IMG/VR virus record: IMGVR_UViG_3300047472_000309
Span: 186,001 to 250,000 of that record
Length of the DNA: 64,000 nucleotides
Reading direction: 5' to 3' (one strand)
A program made the translations under genes and the position numbers. This document shows positions 26,746 through 36,018 of this stretch, piece by piece. Every line of letters starts with the position of its first letter. The stretch's first letter is position 1. The notes beneath the pieces are model-generated. The model saw only the letters and a list, made by a program, of their open reading frames with translations. It did not search any database and was not told the DNA's origin.

Positions 26746-27834
26746 TTACACCGCCATCGGAGCAGTGAGTGCCGGATGCGGATCGTAGCCTTCCAGCATG
26801 AACCAGGTCGGATCGATCTCAGCCAGTGCCCTGATGGCCTTGCCCGTGACGGTCTCGCGCACATTGCGCTCATCGTAGCCTTCGAGCCCTGCCTGGAACA
26901 TCCGCTCAGCCTGACGTGCCAACGAATTGAACGACGGCATCTGTGGGTTGATGGCCAGTGTCGGCAACGCACGCGGTTCACGCGAGAGCTGCTCTTCCAC
27001 CTGGTCGAGGTGGTTCACGTAGATGTGCGCGTCATTGAACGTGAGATTGACCCACTTCGGTTTGAAGCCTGTCAGGCGCGCGACGATATGCAACAGCAGC
27101 GAAGCCGAGGCGATGTTAAACGGCACGCCCAAGAAGAAGTCCGCCGAGCGCTGCGTCATCGACAGCGACAGCTCACCCTTGGCGATGTTCGGCAAGAACT
27201 GATACAACAGGTGACACGGCGGCAATGCCATCGCATCCAACTGGGCCGGGTTCCAGGCGTGGAACAGGATGCGTCGATTGGTCGGCTCCAGAATCAGCTT
27301 CTGGATGCAATCGCCGAGCATGTCGATTTCCTTGAAGAACAGGCGTCGATTGAAGACCGAAAGATTACCACTCTTGATCACGGTTTCATCATGCTGGCTG
27401 GTGAACTTACCCATATCTTGCCAGCCGTCCCACTTGAGTCGCTCAGCAATCGCGACATCCCGCGGGTCCTTCAGATCGAGGACACGAAAGCCCGGCCATT
27501 CACGCCACATCGCGCCGTACACGTCACCGAGATCGTCTTCACCGCGACGATTCGGGTTCGCCAACCAGGCCTTGTTTTCGTTAGCGTTCTGATCCCACAC
27601 CTTGCAGCCGAGATCCCGGAAGGTTGCCGCACTACGTGCCGAACGCAAGAAACCGACCAGCTCACCGATGGCGGCTTTGAACGCCAGCTTCTTGGTCGTC
27701 ACCGCGGGGAATCCTTCTTGCAAGTCGAACCGCATGAACACTGTCGGGAACATGATCGTGTCGATCCCGGTGCGGTTTTCCTGACGCGTACCATTATCGC
27801 GGATGAAGGCCAGGGATTCGTTGTATTGCTTCAT
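26746..27834 (-). CDS. thyA: Thymidylate synthase
   Basis: RTG..T, FPAVTTKKL, MALPPCH catalytic Cys, QRSADFFLGVPFN, DAHIY.NH. Confidence 0.97.
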   Translation of the reverse strand: MKQYNESLAFIRDNGTRQENRTGIDTIMFPTVFMRFDLQEGFPAVTTKKLAFKAAIGELVGFLRSARSAATFRDLGCKVWDQNANENKAWLANPNRRGEDDLGDVYGAMWREWPGFRVLDLKDPRDVAIAERLKWDGWQDMGKFTSQHDETVIKSGNLSVFNRRLFFKEIDMLGDCIQKLILEPTNRRILFHAWNPAQLDAMALPPCHLLYQFLPNIAKGELSLSMTQRSADFFLGVPFNIASASLLLHIVARLTGFKPKWVNLTFNDAHIYVNHLDQVEEQLSREPRALPTLAINPQMPSFNSLARQAERMFQAGLEGYDERNVRETVTGKAIRALAEIDPTWFMLEGYDPHPALTAPMAV

Positions 27835-27846
27835 TGTTTATCCTTG

Positions 27847-28164
27847 TTACGTCACTACGTAAAAGCTGAAGACAGCGTGAGGGGCATCGGGATCAGCCTC
27901 CACTCGCAGATCACGGATCTCATAGCAGAGCTCTGCACGCAGCAACGAATAGATCGCCACTGCCATGTCTGTATTCTCCTGCCAGTGCTTCCATTCTCGT
28001 GTCAGCCACTTGCTACTGCGGATGTAGAGCTTGCCTTCCCGCAGATGCCCGATCCACTTCTCTTCGAGTTGGAGCCGATAGTGAACTTCATCCGCCACTA
28101 AAAGCACGTTGCACTTGAGTGAGCTAGTGAGGTTCGGATCGGCCCGGATGTCTGGATCAACCAT
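27847..28164 (-). CDS. Hypothetical protein
   Basis: 105 aa. Confidence 0.6.
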   Translation of the reverse strand: MVDPDIRADPNLTSSLKCNVLLVADEVHYRLQLEEKWIGHLREGKLYIRSSKWLTREWKHWQENTDMAVAIYSLLRAELCYEIRDLRVEADPDAPHAVFSFYVVT

Positions 28165-28504
28165 GACGCGCTCGTCGGAGGGCGTTTTGGAAATCTCGCA
28201 CAGCTTCTTTCTTCATGCGGCGATGCTGAATAAAGAGCGACACTGCGCACAGCAACATGATGACGCCGAACAGTGTCGGCACGAAGACGTCTTCGTTGAT
28301 CGACACTTGGTCAAAGAACGGCAACATCAGCTTAGCGGGAATCGACAGTGCGAGCGGCCAACCAATAAAGGCAATCGGCCAGTAACGACTCTCGCGAATC
28401 TTCTTCGCCTGTTCTTCGCGCATGACGAAGTAAAACATCGCAATCAGCATCACCACGCCGAGTGCAAAGCAGAACTCCGGATTCGCATTGTTAAGGTTGA
28501 TCAT
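28157..28504 (-). CDS. Three-TM membrane protein
   Basis: Three hydrophobic segments. Confidence 0.7.
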   Translation of the reverse strand: MINLNNANPEFCFALGVVMLIAMFYFVMREEQAKKIRESRYWPIAFIGWPLALSIPAKLMLPFFDQVSINEDVFVPTLFGVIMLLCAVSLFIQHRRMKKEAVRDFQNALRRARHG

Positions 28505-28899
28505 GCCGACTCTCCGGTGAGGAACTTGCGCTCCGCCTGCTCGTACTTGGGCTGTTCGACCCCCATGTCGATCAAGATTGGTGTGGCGAGCTTGTCAGAC
28601 GCACGCTCGCGCAGACATTCGACACAGGTCGGCCACAGACCCGCATGACTGGTCGGGATGAGTTCGGTTTCGTACGTCGGTCGTTGCTTGAGTACGTCCG
28701 GATCAATCACTGCATTGACGAGACTCACCTTGCCGAATTCTTGAAGATCACGCTGGTACACTTTCGTGTGCACGGCCATGATGCTCTTCACGGCGACATT
28801 GCTGAAGTCATCGAGCTCCAGCCCTTTAGCGATCGATGCGGCAACCGCAGCCCGCAAGAGCGGATCATCGCATTCAATCTTGATTTTCACCCCAGTCAT
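28501..28899 (-). CDS. Hypothetical protein
   Basis: 132 aa; ATGA overlaps. Confidence 0.65.
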   Translation of the reverse strand: MTGVKIKIECDDPLLRAAVAASIAKGLELDDFSNVAVKSIMAVHTKVYQRDLQEFGKVSLVNAVIDPDVLKQRPTYETELIPTSHAGLWPTCVECLRERASDKLATPILIDMGVEQPKYEQAERKFLTGESA

Positions 28900-29225
28900 T
28901 CTTTTGTTTCCTTCTTATTCAATTCGTCGAGTTGGAAAAGTAATGCCATGGCCGCTGAGCGTACCCGTAATGGATAGTCCTTGTAGCTCAGCGCAAACGC
29001 ACTCCCGATCGCAAACATGTCGGGCGTGACAAGATGCTTGTGCGGATGCTCGATCGTGTCGATATTACGTTCCAGCCACTTGCAGATCCCTTCGAACAGA
29101 TCGTCCGAAATCAAGGAACTGCAGTGGTAGTAGTAAATGAACGAGGACATCAGAAACCACGATACGTGAGCAGCCGGATACTTCGCCATGCACTGCTGCG
29201 CGAACGCATCGAGGTTTGCGCTCAT
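28896..29225 (-). CDS. Stand-alone Nlig-Ia domain protein (NAD-dependent ligase subdomain Ia-like)
   Basis: FLMSSFIYYY..S.LISDDLFEG....L....IEHPHKHL...YP; start moved to MSANL. Confidence 0.65.
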   Translation of the reverse strand: MSANLDAFAQQCMAKYPAAHVSWFLMSSFIYYYHCSSLISDDLFEGICKWLERNIDTIEHPHKHLVTPDMFAIGSAFALSYKDYPLRVRSAAMALLFQLDELNKKETKE

Positions 29226-29497
29226 GTCTTCTCCGTTTTTCCAAACGAAGCGACCAAGGCCGACGCTATGTCGTTTACATGCATGCAATCGGCGCGAGCA
29301 TAATGGTAACCGCGATAACCCGTCGAGAAACATACCAGTGACGGATAACTGACCGGATAACCTTCCAGACGACTTGGTACTCTTCCGTAGAATTGCTTCA
29401 ATGCCCGGCGAAAGCCAGCCTGTGTTCGCACAATGTAGAACGGACCACCGACGTGCTTAAGATTCTCTGGACGATCCTCACCCGTTGCTTCACTCAT
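29222..29497 (-). CDS. Hypothetical protein
   Basis: 91 aa. Confidence 0.65.
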   Translation of the reverse strand: MSEATGEDRPENLKHVGGPFYIVRTQAGFRRALKQFYGRVPSRLEGYPVSYPSLVCFSTGYRGYHYARADCMHVNDIASALVASFGKTEKT

Positions 29498-29506
29498 AAT
29501 GCTTCC

Positions 29507-30007
29507 TTAGGTCAAGAGGATGATCGGCTTCACGCCCTTGCCCAGGAAGTTGGCGATCTGCCCACCAAACTTCGCCGTATGGCGCTGATGCACCAGCGTG
29601 CGGTGTACGAAATCTTTCACGCCGTGTTCGGCAGCAATGAAGTCGCAGTAATCCACTTCCCGACTATTGGGGTCGCGCCCCGGTGTCCAGGCAGTTTGCT
29701 TGTGAGGAATAATGACCGAACGCACCATCAGCACCATCGCCTGATCAGCACCCAGTTGATGCGTGGGTGCCGGACGGCCGATGAAGCTTTCGTGCAGCCC
29801 GAAGGGCTTGAGTGCTTCCTTGGGGATGATGCCAAACACGTCGACTTTCTCGCCATTGAAGGGCTTAGTCGCCGTGAGGATCACCACCTTGTTCAGCCGA
29901 CCCGTATCCGCATCGAAGAGGTCCAACCACTCGTCGTTCTTGACGAGCTCCATCACCCAGGGGCGCAGCCCCTGAACCGATGCAATTGCTTCCATGTTAC
30001 TGGCCAT
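29507..30007 (-). CDS. Hypothetical protein
   Basis: 166 aa. Confidence 0.65.
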   Translation of the reverse strand: MASNMEAIASVQGLRPWVMELVKNDEWLDLFDADTGRLNKVVILTATKPFNGEKVDVFGIIPKEALKPFGLHESFIGRPAPTHQLGADQAMVLMVRSVIIPHKQTAWTPGRDPNSREVDYCDFIAAEHGVKDFVHRTLVHQRHTAKFGGQIANFLGKGVKPIILLT

Positions 30008-30016
30008 GCTTGATCC

Positions 30017-30250
30017 TTACGACAGTTGGGTCTGCGAGTACAGACTAGCAAACACTTGCCAGCCCTCGCTATTCATATCCGGGATGAGACTACCCGTCAC
30101 CAGCCCGCCCGCAGTGCTACCTGCTTGCCACGTAAGCCGCAAATGGCGGTCGTAGCTGTACTGGACGTGATGCTCATCGCGCCCGTTCTGACAGATGGCG
30201 ATTCCACGTCCATGGCGTCGAATGACGCTTAGTGCTTCGCTCAGTTTCAT
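30017..30250 (-). CDS. Hypothetical protein
   Basis: 77 aa. Confidence 0.6.
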   Translation of the reverse strand: MKLSEALSVIRRHGRGIAICQNGRDEHHVQYSYDRHLRLTWQAGSTAGGLVTGSLIPDMNSEGWQVFASLYSQTQLS

Positions 30251-30252
30251 GA

Positions 30253-31056
30253 TCAGTTCTGTTGGAGGACAACGTCCGCAAAGAAACGATCGTACTGGAC
30301 AATGTCCGGGGCTATACGGGTGAGACCCTGGGGGATCTCGCGGGTTTCCAGCATCTTCTCAATCACGCGGTCGATGCCAGCGATACGTTGCACACGCTCT
30401 TCGCCCTTAAGCTTCAGGTGCAACAGTTGCATGCAGCCTTCGAGCAAGTCGTGGTTGTACGCCGCCACATTACAGAGCGCCAGGTAATTCACCGGCGGGC
30501 ATTCCGTACCGAGCTCGAGGTTCGCGGTGCGTTCGAACCAGATTGCATTTAGCAGCGGTCGCACGGTGTGCAAGTACTTCTTTACCGACACAGTCGGGCG
30601 TGGTTCGACGTAGGTCTTATAGTTGCGACGCAAGGTCGAAACGTTGTGCTGACGCAGCTTGAGCGTCGAAAATCCTTTCCACATCAGTTCACGCAGCTCG
30701 GACATGTTGTCTGTCGTGTAATACTCGGGCAGACGTAGCCAGTCGACGATGGCCGGATTCGAGTTGTACGCCATGGTGGTCGCCTTCTCGATGTCAAAGC
30801 CATTCAAGTCGCCAAAGCCATCTACCTTGAATTCGATCGTGTCACGGTTTTCCAGCAACGACGGGTCGCGATGACCCTGGTTGATCTGGAAGTACGTGTG
30901 TTTAGGACGCACGTAGATGAACCCGATGTCATGGTCACTGTGCTCGTTGGCCAGTCCCCATGTACGGCTACCTACTTCCACCGCATGCAGGATGGTCACG
31001 TCGTATTTCCGACTGATGGCTTCCAAGTGAGCCAGCACGTTTTCATCTACTGCCAT
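30253..31056 (-). CDS. RlaP/YcgL-type Pol-beta superfamily nucleotidyltransferase
   Basis: ILHAVEVGSRTWGL....SDHDIGFIY; SNP..VDWL; KKYLHTVRPLL. Confidence 0.85.
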   Translation of the reverse strand: MAVDENVLAHLEAISRKYDVTILHAVEVGSRTWGLANEHSDHDIGFIYVRPKHTYFQINQGHRDPSLLENRDTIEFKVDGFGDLNGFDIEKATTMAYNSNPAIVDWLRLPEYYTTDNMSELRELMWKGFSTLKLRQHNVSTLRRNYKTYVEPRPTVSVKKYLHTVRPLLNAIWFERTANLELGTECPPVNYLALCNVAAYNHDLLEGCMQLLHLKLKGEERVQRIAGIDRVIEKMLETREIPQGLTRIAPDIVQYDRFFADVVLQQN

Positions 31057-31058
31057 CG

Positions 31059-31223
31059 CTATTTCCTGTTCTTGATCTGTTGTTGAAGGCGCTTCACAGC
31101 ACGGACAATTTCGTCCTCCGTGAGCGCCTCTTGGCTGAGCTGGCGGATCGCAATCTTAATCCGACGCGATCCTGCCTGGCGCAGCCGCTTGACGCGCATG
31201 TTAACCGAGAAGCAGGTCTTCAT
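31059..31223 (-). CDS. Small basic hypothetical protein
   Basis: Start MKTCF with ATGA overlap on the upstream stop. Confidence 0.55.
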   Translation of the reverse strand: MKTCFSVNMRVKRLRQAGSRRIKIAIRQLSQEALTEDEIVRAVKRLQQQIKNRK

Positions 31224-31558
31224 GCGACCTTGCGACGCTTGTTCAGGTTCTGACGCACGACGCGCAAATGCAAACACACGTCGTCCAACCCACTCAAGTC
31301 ATCGCCTTGCACCACGACATCCCCGATCTGGTGCTGGACCGTCACCGTACCCCGGTGACGATGGCCGGTGCGAAACATGATGGTCGTGGAATGCATGGCG
31401 GTCATGCGCTCCGTGCTGATCGGCTGATTGCTGCCCGACACAGCGATGACTTCCAGCTTGGCGATCGAGTCCGTGTAATCGGTCCCGGCATCGTTGGTCT
31501 GCTGGAGGATATTCATGTTGCCCCGGCCCAAATACACTACTGCGTTATGCTCACTCAT
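31220..31558 (-). CDS. Hypothetical protein
   Basis: 112 aa. Confidence 0.55.
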   Translation of the reverse strand: MSEHNAVVYLGRGNMNILQQTNDAGTDYTDSIAKLEVIAVSGSNQPISTERMTAMHSTTIMFRTGHRHRGTVTVQHQIGDVVVQGDDLSGLDDVCLHLRVVRQNLNKRRKVA

Positions 31559-31566
31559 GTTAAATC

Positions 31567-31956
31567 CTAATGCTCAGGGGGACTGTACCCCTCGACGCGA
31601 CTTTCACGCAGAATCCGGATCTGGTATTTGAGACCACGGGAGATGTACGTGCGAATGTCGACTAATTCTTGTTCAGCGCAAGTCTTCCACGCTTGCCAAC
31701 CCCGACTAGCTTCGGCAACGTATGGACTTGCTTCGTAATGCCGGTACTGGTACACGATCGGGTCATCCCCGGATGCTGCCAGCACTGGCACTTTGGCTCG
31801 TACTTCTGCGTATTCTTTACGCATCGAGCAAGATTCCTCGCAGAGCATGCCATCCACATGCACGCAACTGCCTTCGGCTTTATTCCGGTACACCCCACAG
31901 TCACGCACTGGATCGAAACTGCGATTGAGGATGCGGGCAAAGAACGCGGCCCTCAT
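31567..31956 (-). CDS. Hypothetical protein with a Cys-rich N-terminal part
   Basis: C.VHVDGMLC...C motif. Confidence 0.6.
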   Translation of the reverse strand: MRAAFFARILNRSFDPVRDCGVYRNKAEGSCVHVDGMLCEESCSMRKEYAEVRAKVPVLAASGDDPIVYQYRHYEASPYVAEASRGWQAWKTCAEQELVDIRTYISRGLKYQIRILRESRVEGYSPPEH

Positions 31957-32735
31957 GCGGCCACCGTAGCACGAGGTGTAAACGTCAGCATGATCGTCTG
32001 GGGATTCATCGTCTGCTTTACGTCCAGGTTAAGATTCAGGGCAGCGGCCATGTCGGTGAAGATCCGCTGATTGTCTGCGCGCACCAAGTGAATACATTTC
32101 TCACTCGGGTCCGTCCAGCCACGCTCGCCTTGCAGTGCGTCGACCAGTTCCGCCCAAACGATCCCGGCCTGAAAGCCGTTCATGTGTTCGGTGCTGTAAT
32201 AGGGTTGCCCCGTGCGCAACTGAAACGCCGCTTGCCCTACTTGGCGTGCCGCCTCACCCACGACGTGATGCTTCATGCCCTGGTCGGACCGGATGATGTC
32301 CTTGGCGATGCTTTCCAGGTATTCACCTTCACCCAAGCCGATGTGCAGACCACGCTGGTCGTTCTTCCAGACGTCATCCATGAACTCGTCCCACTTCGCA
32401 TCCATCAGCTTAAGGAACGCCTCGGGTGAGCCGCGCTCACGGTAACGCTGCAGGTACTCGTCCTTCAGGTACTTGTGCGCAGGTGCCGCGATGGCGTAGC
32501 TAATGCCTGCCTGCTGCAGCGCGTCACGCACGACCGTATGCGTCGAGCACAGAACCCAGGCACCGGCTGCCAGACAGGCCTGGATGTGCTGGATGTAGTT
32601 CTGCGGGAACTGATCCTTGTTGAACTGACTGCTGTCCGAATCATGGATCAGCACCCCTTGATGCTGGAGCTTCTTAAAGAGCGTGGTCTTGCCTACGCCA
32701 GGAAAGCCACAAATGACGCGTGGTCGGGTATCCAT
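31953..32735 (-). CDS. P-loop kinase-like protein fused to an unknown C-terminal domain
   Basis: VICGFPGVGKTT Walker A; DSDSS. Confidence 0.75.
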   Translation of the reverse strand: MDTRPRVICGFPGVGKTTLFKKLQHQGVLIHDSDSSQFNKDQFPQNYIQHIQACLAAGAWVLCSTHTVVRDALQQAGISYAIAAPAHKYLKDEYLQRYRERGSPEAFLKLMDAKWDEFMDDVWKNDQRGLHIGLGEGEYLESIAKDIIRSDQGMKHHVVGEAARQVGQAAFQLRTGQPYYSTEHMNGFQAGIVWAELVDALQGERGWTDPSEKCIHLVRADNQRIFTDMAAALNLNLDVKQTMNPQTIMLTFTPRATVAA

Positions 32736-32749
32736 CTTTGTTCTTGTCC

Positions 32750-34174
32750 TTATGCTGCTTTGATCAAGGTGTCGATCTGTCGAATCGTGTCTTCCAGATC
32801 GTTGACTTTCGGGATGGCGGCGATGAAATCGGTAAAGCTCTCGTGATGCTCGAAATAGAGCGCCTGCAAGTCACACCCCAGAATGGTGCGAAACTGCACC
32901 GACGGCACGACTTCGTCCGGATACATCAGGGCGATATAGTCGAGCACTTCCGCATGACCGAGTGGTTTGATCTCGTAGATGTGATCCACGCGACCTTTAC
33001 GAATCACCGCCGGATCAATGTCCTGCAACGTATTGGTCGTGAGGAAGATGAGGGTACCATGCAGCGAGGCAATCCCATCGAGCGCATTCAGAATCCCCGA
33101 GAGCGTCAGGTGTTCCATGTTCTCCATGAGCTTCGCCATCGGGTCCGCGGGTTCCTCCCAGTTCTTCGGGACGGCGTCACCCGCGGCTTGCAATTCGAGG
33201 CGTGGATTCCCGACCGCATCGTAGGTGACTTTCGCAGGCCGAAGTTCGCGCTCATCATCCTTCATAGCTAAACGACGGTGCGTAGCTTTTGCCGAGTCGA
33301 AGTCTTCGATGGCTAGAATCGAAGCGCTCGGCACATTGGTGAGTGCTTCTTCGAGCATCTCGTCATTGAGCGAATTCAGACTCAGCCGACACACGTTCAG
33401 GTTAAAGTGACTCGCCAGTGCCTTAATCAGGCTGGTCTTACCCGTGCCCGGTACCCCATGCAGCACGAAGGTCTTCTTCCAGGGCAGGCCGCGTGAGAGG
33501 TACCAGTGCTCGTTCTGCTGGAAGTCTTCGATGGTTTTCACCAGCGACTGCTTCAATGTCTTGTCGACGATGACGGTCTTCAGCTCACGCCGATCGAGCA
33601 TCGCGTAGTCCGCCCAGTAGTTGCTCTTAAAACGCATCAGCTTCAGTTTGTTCTCAGGGAACTTGTGACAGAACTCATCCACGAGCTGCTGCATGATGGC
33701 TTTGTTGCGACCAAACATGGTGAGCGTGACGAGATAGATGATGTTGTCGCGCCCTTGCTTTTCCACTGTGCGCCGATTCATCAGAAACAGGCGTCGTTTG
33801 TACAAAAAAAAGTGGTTGCCGTCACCGATGGCTACATCGGCTGCATTGCGATTGCCATCCTTACCGGTATGGCGATCGAAGAATTGCGGCCCGTAACTTT
33901 GTAGCGCAAGGTTACGCGAATAGTGCGAGAAGCGGTTGCGCATGAACCACTCCATGAAACTTGCATAATTCTCCCGCGCCCAGCCCAGCTCCGTATTGTC
34001 GAAGGTGAGCGTGGTGGTGAGCTGACCGTGAAGCTTACTGATGAGTTTCATCGGGATCTTGCGAAAGACCCAGGTGACTAAGCCTAAGCCCCAGAGTGAG
34101 ACTGCCCCCGCAATCATGGGATTCGAATGTGAGTAAGCGTTAAACGCCAACCAGAGATTCGTGAGGTAATTCAT
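32750..34174 (-). CDS. BCS1-like membrane-anchored AAA+ ATPase
   Basis: N-terminal TM; GVPGTGKTS Walker A; ILAIEDFD Walker B; TLSGILNALDG...IFLTTN....DPAVIRKGRVD. Confidence 0.9.
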   Translation of the reverse strand: MNYLTNLWLAFNAYSHSNPMIAGAVSLWGLGLVTWVFRKIPMKLISKLHGQLTTTLTFDNTELGWARENYASFMEWFMRNRFSHYSRNLALQSYGPQFFDRHTGKDGNRNAADVAIGDGNHFFLYKRRLFLMNRRTVEKQGRDNIIYLVTLTMFGRNKAIMQQLVDEFCHKFPENKLKLMRFKSNYWADYAMLDRRELKTVIVDKTLKQSLVKTIEDFQQNEHWYLSRGLPWKKTFVLHGVPGTGKTSLIKALASHFNLNVCRLSLNSLNDEMLEEALTNVPSASILAIEDFDSAKATHRRLAMKDDERELRPAKVTYDAVGNPRLELQAAGDAVPKNWEEPADPMAKLMENMEHLTLSGILNALDGIASLHGTLIFLTTNTLQDIDPAVIRKGRVDHIYEIKPLGHAEVLDYIALMYPDEVVPSVQFRTILGCDLQALYFEHHESFTDFIAAIPKVNDLEDTIRQIDTLIKAA

Positions 34175-34190
34175 TTTTCTTCCTCTACAT

Positions 34191-34229
34191 TAAAAGAAAA
34201 GCGGGGTGGTCTAAGCCCCGCTTATGCCG
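34191..34229 (-). terminator. Terminator hairpin with a minus-strand U-tract; TATGCCG on the plus side
   Basis: AAGCGGGG/CCCCGCTT stem; TTTTCTTTT follows on the minus strand. Confidence 0.75.
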
Positions 34230-34565
34230 TCAAGCGTACTTCTTCTTCAGTTGCGCTTCAGCGTGGTCCTTCTCGGCCGCCGTGATGACACGGTGACGCG
34301 GCATGCCTTCTGCGATGTCCTGCATGAACACCGTCTTCGGGACGGCCTTGATGGAAAACACGTACGGCCACAGATGCTTACGAATCACCATCGTTTCGCC
34401 AGTCTCCGAATGCGTACACTCAAAGAGCACCTGATAGATGCCACCCTTGTAATGCTGATGGGTGCCCATGATGATGGCTTGTTCGCGCGCGAGCTGTGAG
34501 CCCTTGTTGTCCACTTCCCGAGCCACAATCTCGCGTAGCGGCACATGGAGTTCAGACACTGCCAT
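34230..34565 (-). CDS. DUF1653-like protein
   Basis: HQHYKGGIYQV.....HSETGE.MV motif. Confidence 0.75.
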   Translation of the reverse strand: MAVSELHVPLREIVAREVDNKGSQLAREQAIIMGTHQHYKGGIYQVLFECTHSETGETMVIRKHLWPYVFSIKAVPKTVFMQDIAEGMPRHRVITAAEKDHAEAQLKKKYA

Positions 34566-35151
34566 GAGTCGTCTCCTGGGGCGGCCATTGCTTCTTCAGG
34601 TCTTCTTCCGGCGCACCTTCGATAAAGCCAATGGTGAGCGGTCTGCTGTCCTGGTAATGCGCCACCAGCACACCGAAGGGGCCGTGCGAGAGCTCGATGC
34701 TGAAATGCGTGAACCCGAGCCCCAAGCGAGCGTTCTTCACAAACAGAATGTCCTCGACCTCGCTGAGGGACTCCACGTCGACTGCATTCTCCGCGCCCTT
34801 AAAGAGATCGTTATCGGCCTCGTGGTACTCGGACACCACAATGCGCGGCTTGGTGTGACCCAGCACATCACCAATACCCTTGATGGCAAACCGATCGAGG
34901 GATTTGTCACTGCCGTCCACCCGGTGCGAGTGGTCGAGCACCTTATTGGTAAGGGTGAGCTTCTCGGGCGAGACTTCACCGCCAAAGTAGAGGCAGTGCG
35001 GATCGAGGCTGGCGATGTCTTTCGACTCCATCAGCAGGATCTCAAAACCGCCTGCTTCCTGATCCGGCGCGGGCAACAGCACCACGCCGTGCAAATTGCA
35101 GACTTCGCGAAGCTGGTTCACGATGGCTTGCAACTCTTCTTGGGTTTTCAT
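34552..35151 (-). CDS. Hypothetical protein (start at MKTQEEL)
   Basis: AAGGA upstream; avoids overlap with 35168..35989. Confidence 0.65.
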   Translation of the reverse strand: MKTQEELQAIVNQLREVCNLHGVVLLPAPDQEAGGFEILLMESKDIASLDPHCLYFGGEVSPEKLTLTNKVLDHSHRVDGSDKSLDRFAIKGIGDVLGHTKPRIVVSEYHEADNDLFKGAENAVDVESLSEVEDILFVKNARLGLGFTHFSIELSHGPFGVLVAHYQDSRPLTIGFIEGAPEEDLKKQWPPQETTHGSV

Positions 35152-35167
35152 CCTAAGGTTTCCTTGT

Positions 35168-35989
35168 TTAAAGCGACCGCACAATCTGCATGAAGGCTTC
35201 ACGATCGACCGTGAACGTCTGTTCATGCATGTCGTAAAAGCGTTCGGTATCCTTCTTGACCCACACCGTAAAGTGCGAGCGCAGACCCACCATAAACACC
35301 AGTTCGTCGATTGCAATCACTGCGTAGACTTCTCCCTTACGCAGCGCGTCCCGATAAAAGAAGCCACTGCGTCCCTGACCCCGCAAAATCCGGAGGAAGT
35401 GCCCATCGTCTTCGGCTTTGATAGCGACTGGCACATGGTGACGAAAGTGCGTCGTTTTTGCCGAGGGCATCAGCGAAGTCGAAACGTGCTGCTCCAGCGC
35501 TTCGATCAACACCGCGTAGTTAAGCTCCATCTTCGGATGCAGGGAGTCGACAAGGTGTTCGACCGTATTGACGTTATCGACTACCAACGAGAGGTGGCTG
35601 CGTTTGGGCTTCGAAGGCTGCTCTTGCGTCTCATTCACTGCGCGGATGATACGTTCGGCATTGCGGTATTCCACCAAGCCAATCTCACCCGGCACCTCAT
35701 CCGGGCCTTCGGTGGCGATCGCATTGACTTCGAGTTTCTCGAGCAACACGAAAATACCGTCGACCGGGGTGGGAACGGCCAGGTCAACATAGAACGGTAC
35801 CTGACCCGGCTCACCCTGGATACCAGCCAGCACCGCAGGCGTCTGACACACTTGCAGCGGCGGCTTATCTTGGTTCTCCGAGTGATCGTCGACCAGATGG
35901 TAATACATGGCCTGCCGCCCGAAGAGCTCCTTGCCGATATGTGTGGTCGTCGCCTTGCGGTAATCGATTTCGTACTGGCTGATAAACAT
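35168..35989 (-). CDS. Hypothetical protein
   Basis: 273 aa; GAGGA RBS. Confidence 0.7.
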   Translation of the reverse strand: MFISQYEIDYRKATTTHIGKELFGRQAMYYHLVDDHSENQDKPPLQVCQTPAVLAGIQGEPGQVPFYVDLAVPTPVDGIFVLLEKLEVNAIATEGPDEVPGEIGLVEYRNAERIIRAVNETQEQPSKPKRSHLSLVVDNVNTVEHLVDSLHPKMELNYAVLIEALEQHVSTSLMPSAKTTHFRHHVPVAIKAEDDGHFLRILRGQGRSGFFYRDALRKGEVYAVIAIDELVFMVGLRSHFTVWVKKDTERFYDMHEQTFTVDREAFMQIVRSL

Positions 35990-36018
35990 GGTGGTTCCTC
36001 GTTTTAGTGTATGTTGCT

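Noticed and set aside
27330-27510. Insertion in thyA as an intron or intein
   Set aside because: In frame, short, lacks intein N-terminal Cys/Ser and C-terminal His-Asn; similar long forms occur in beta-proteobacterial ThyA.
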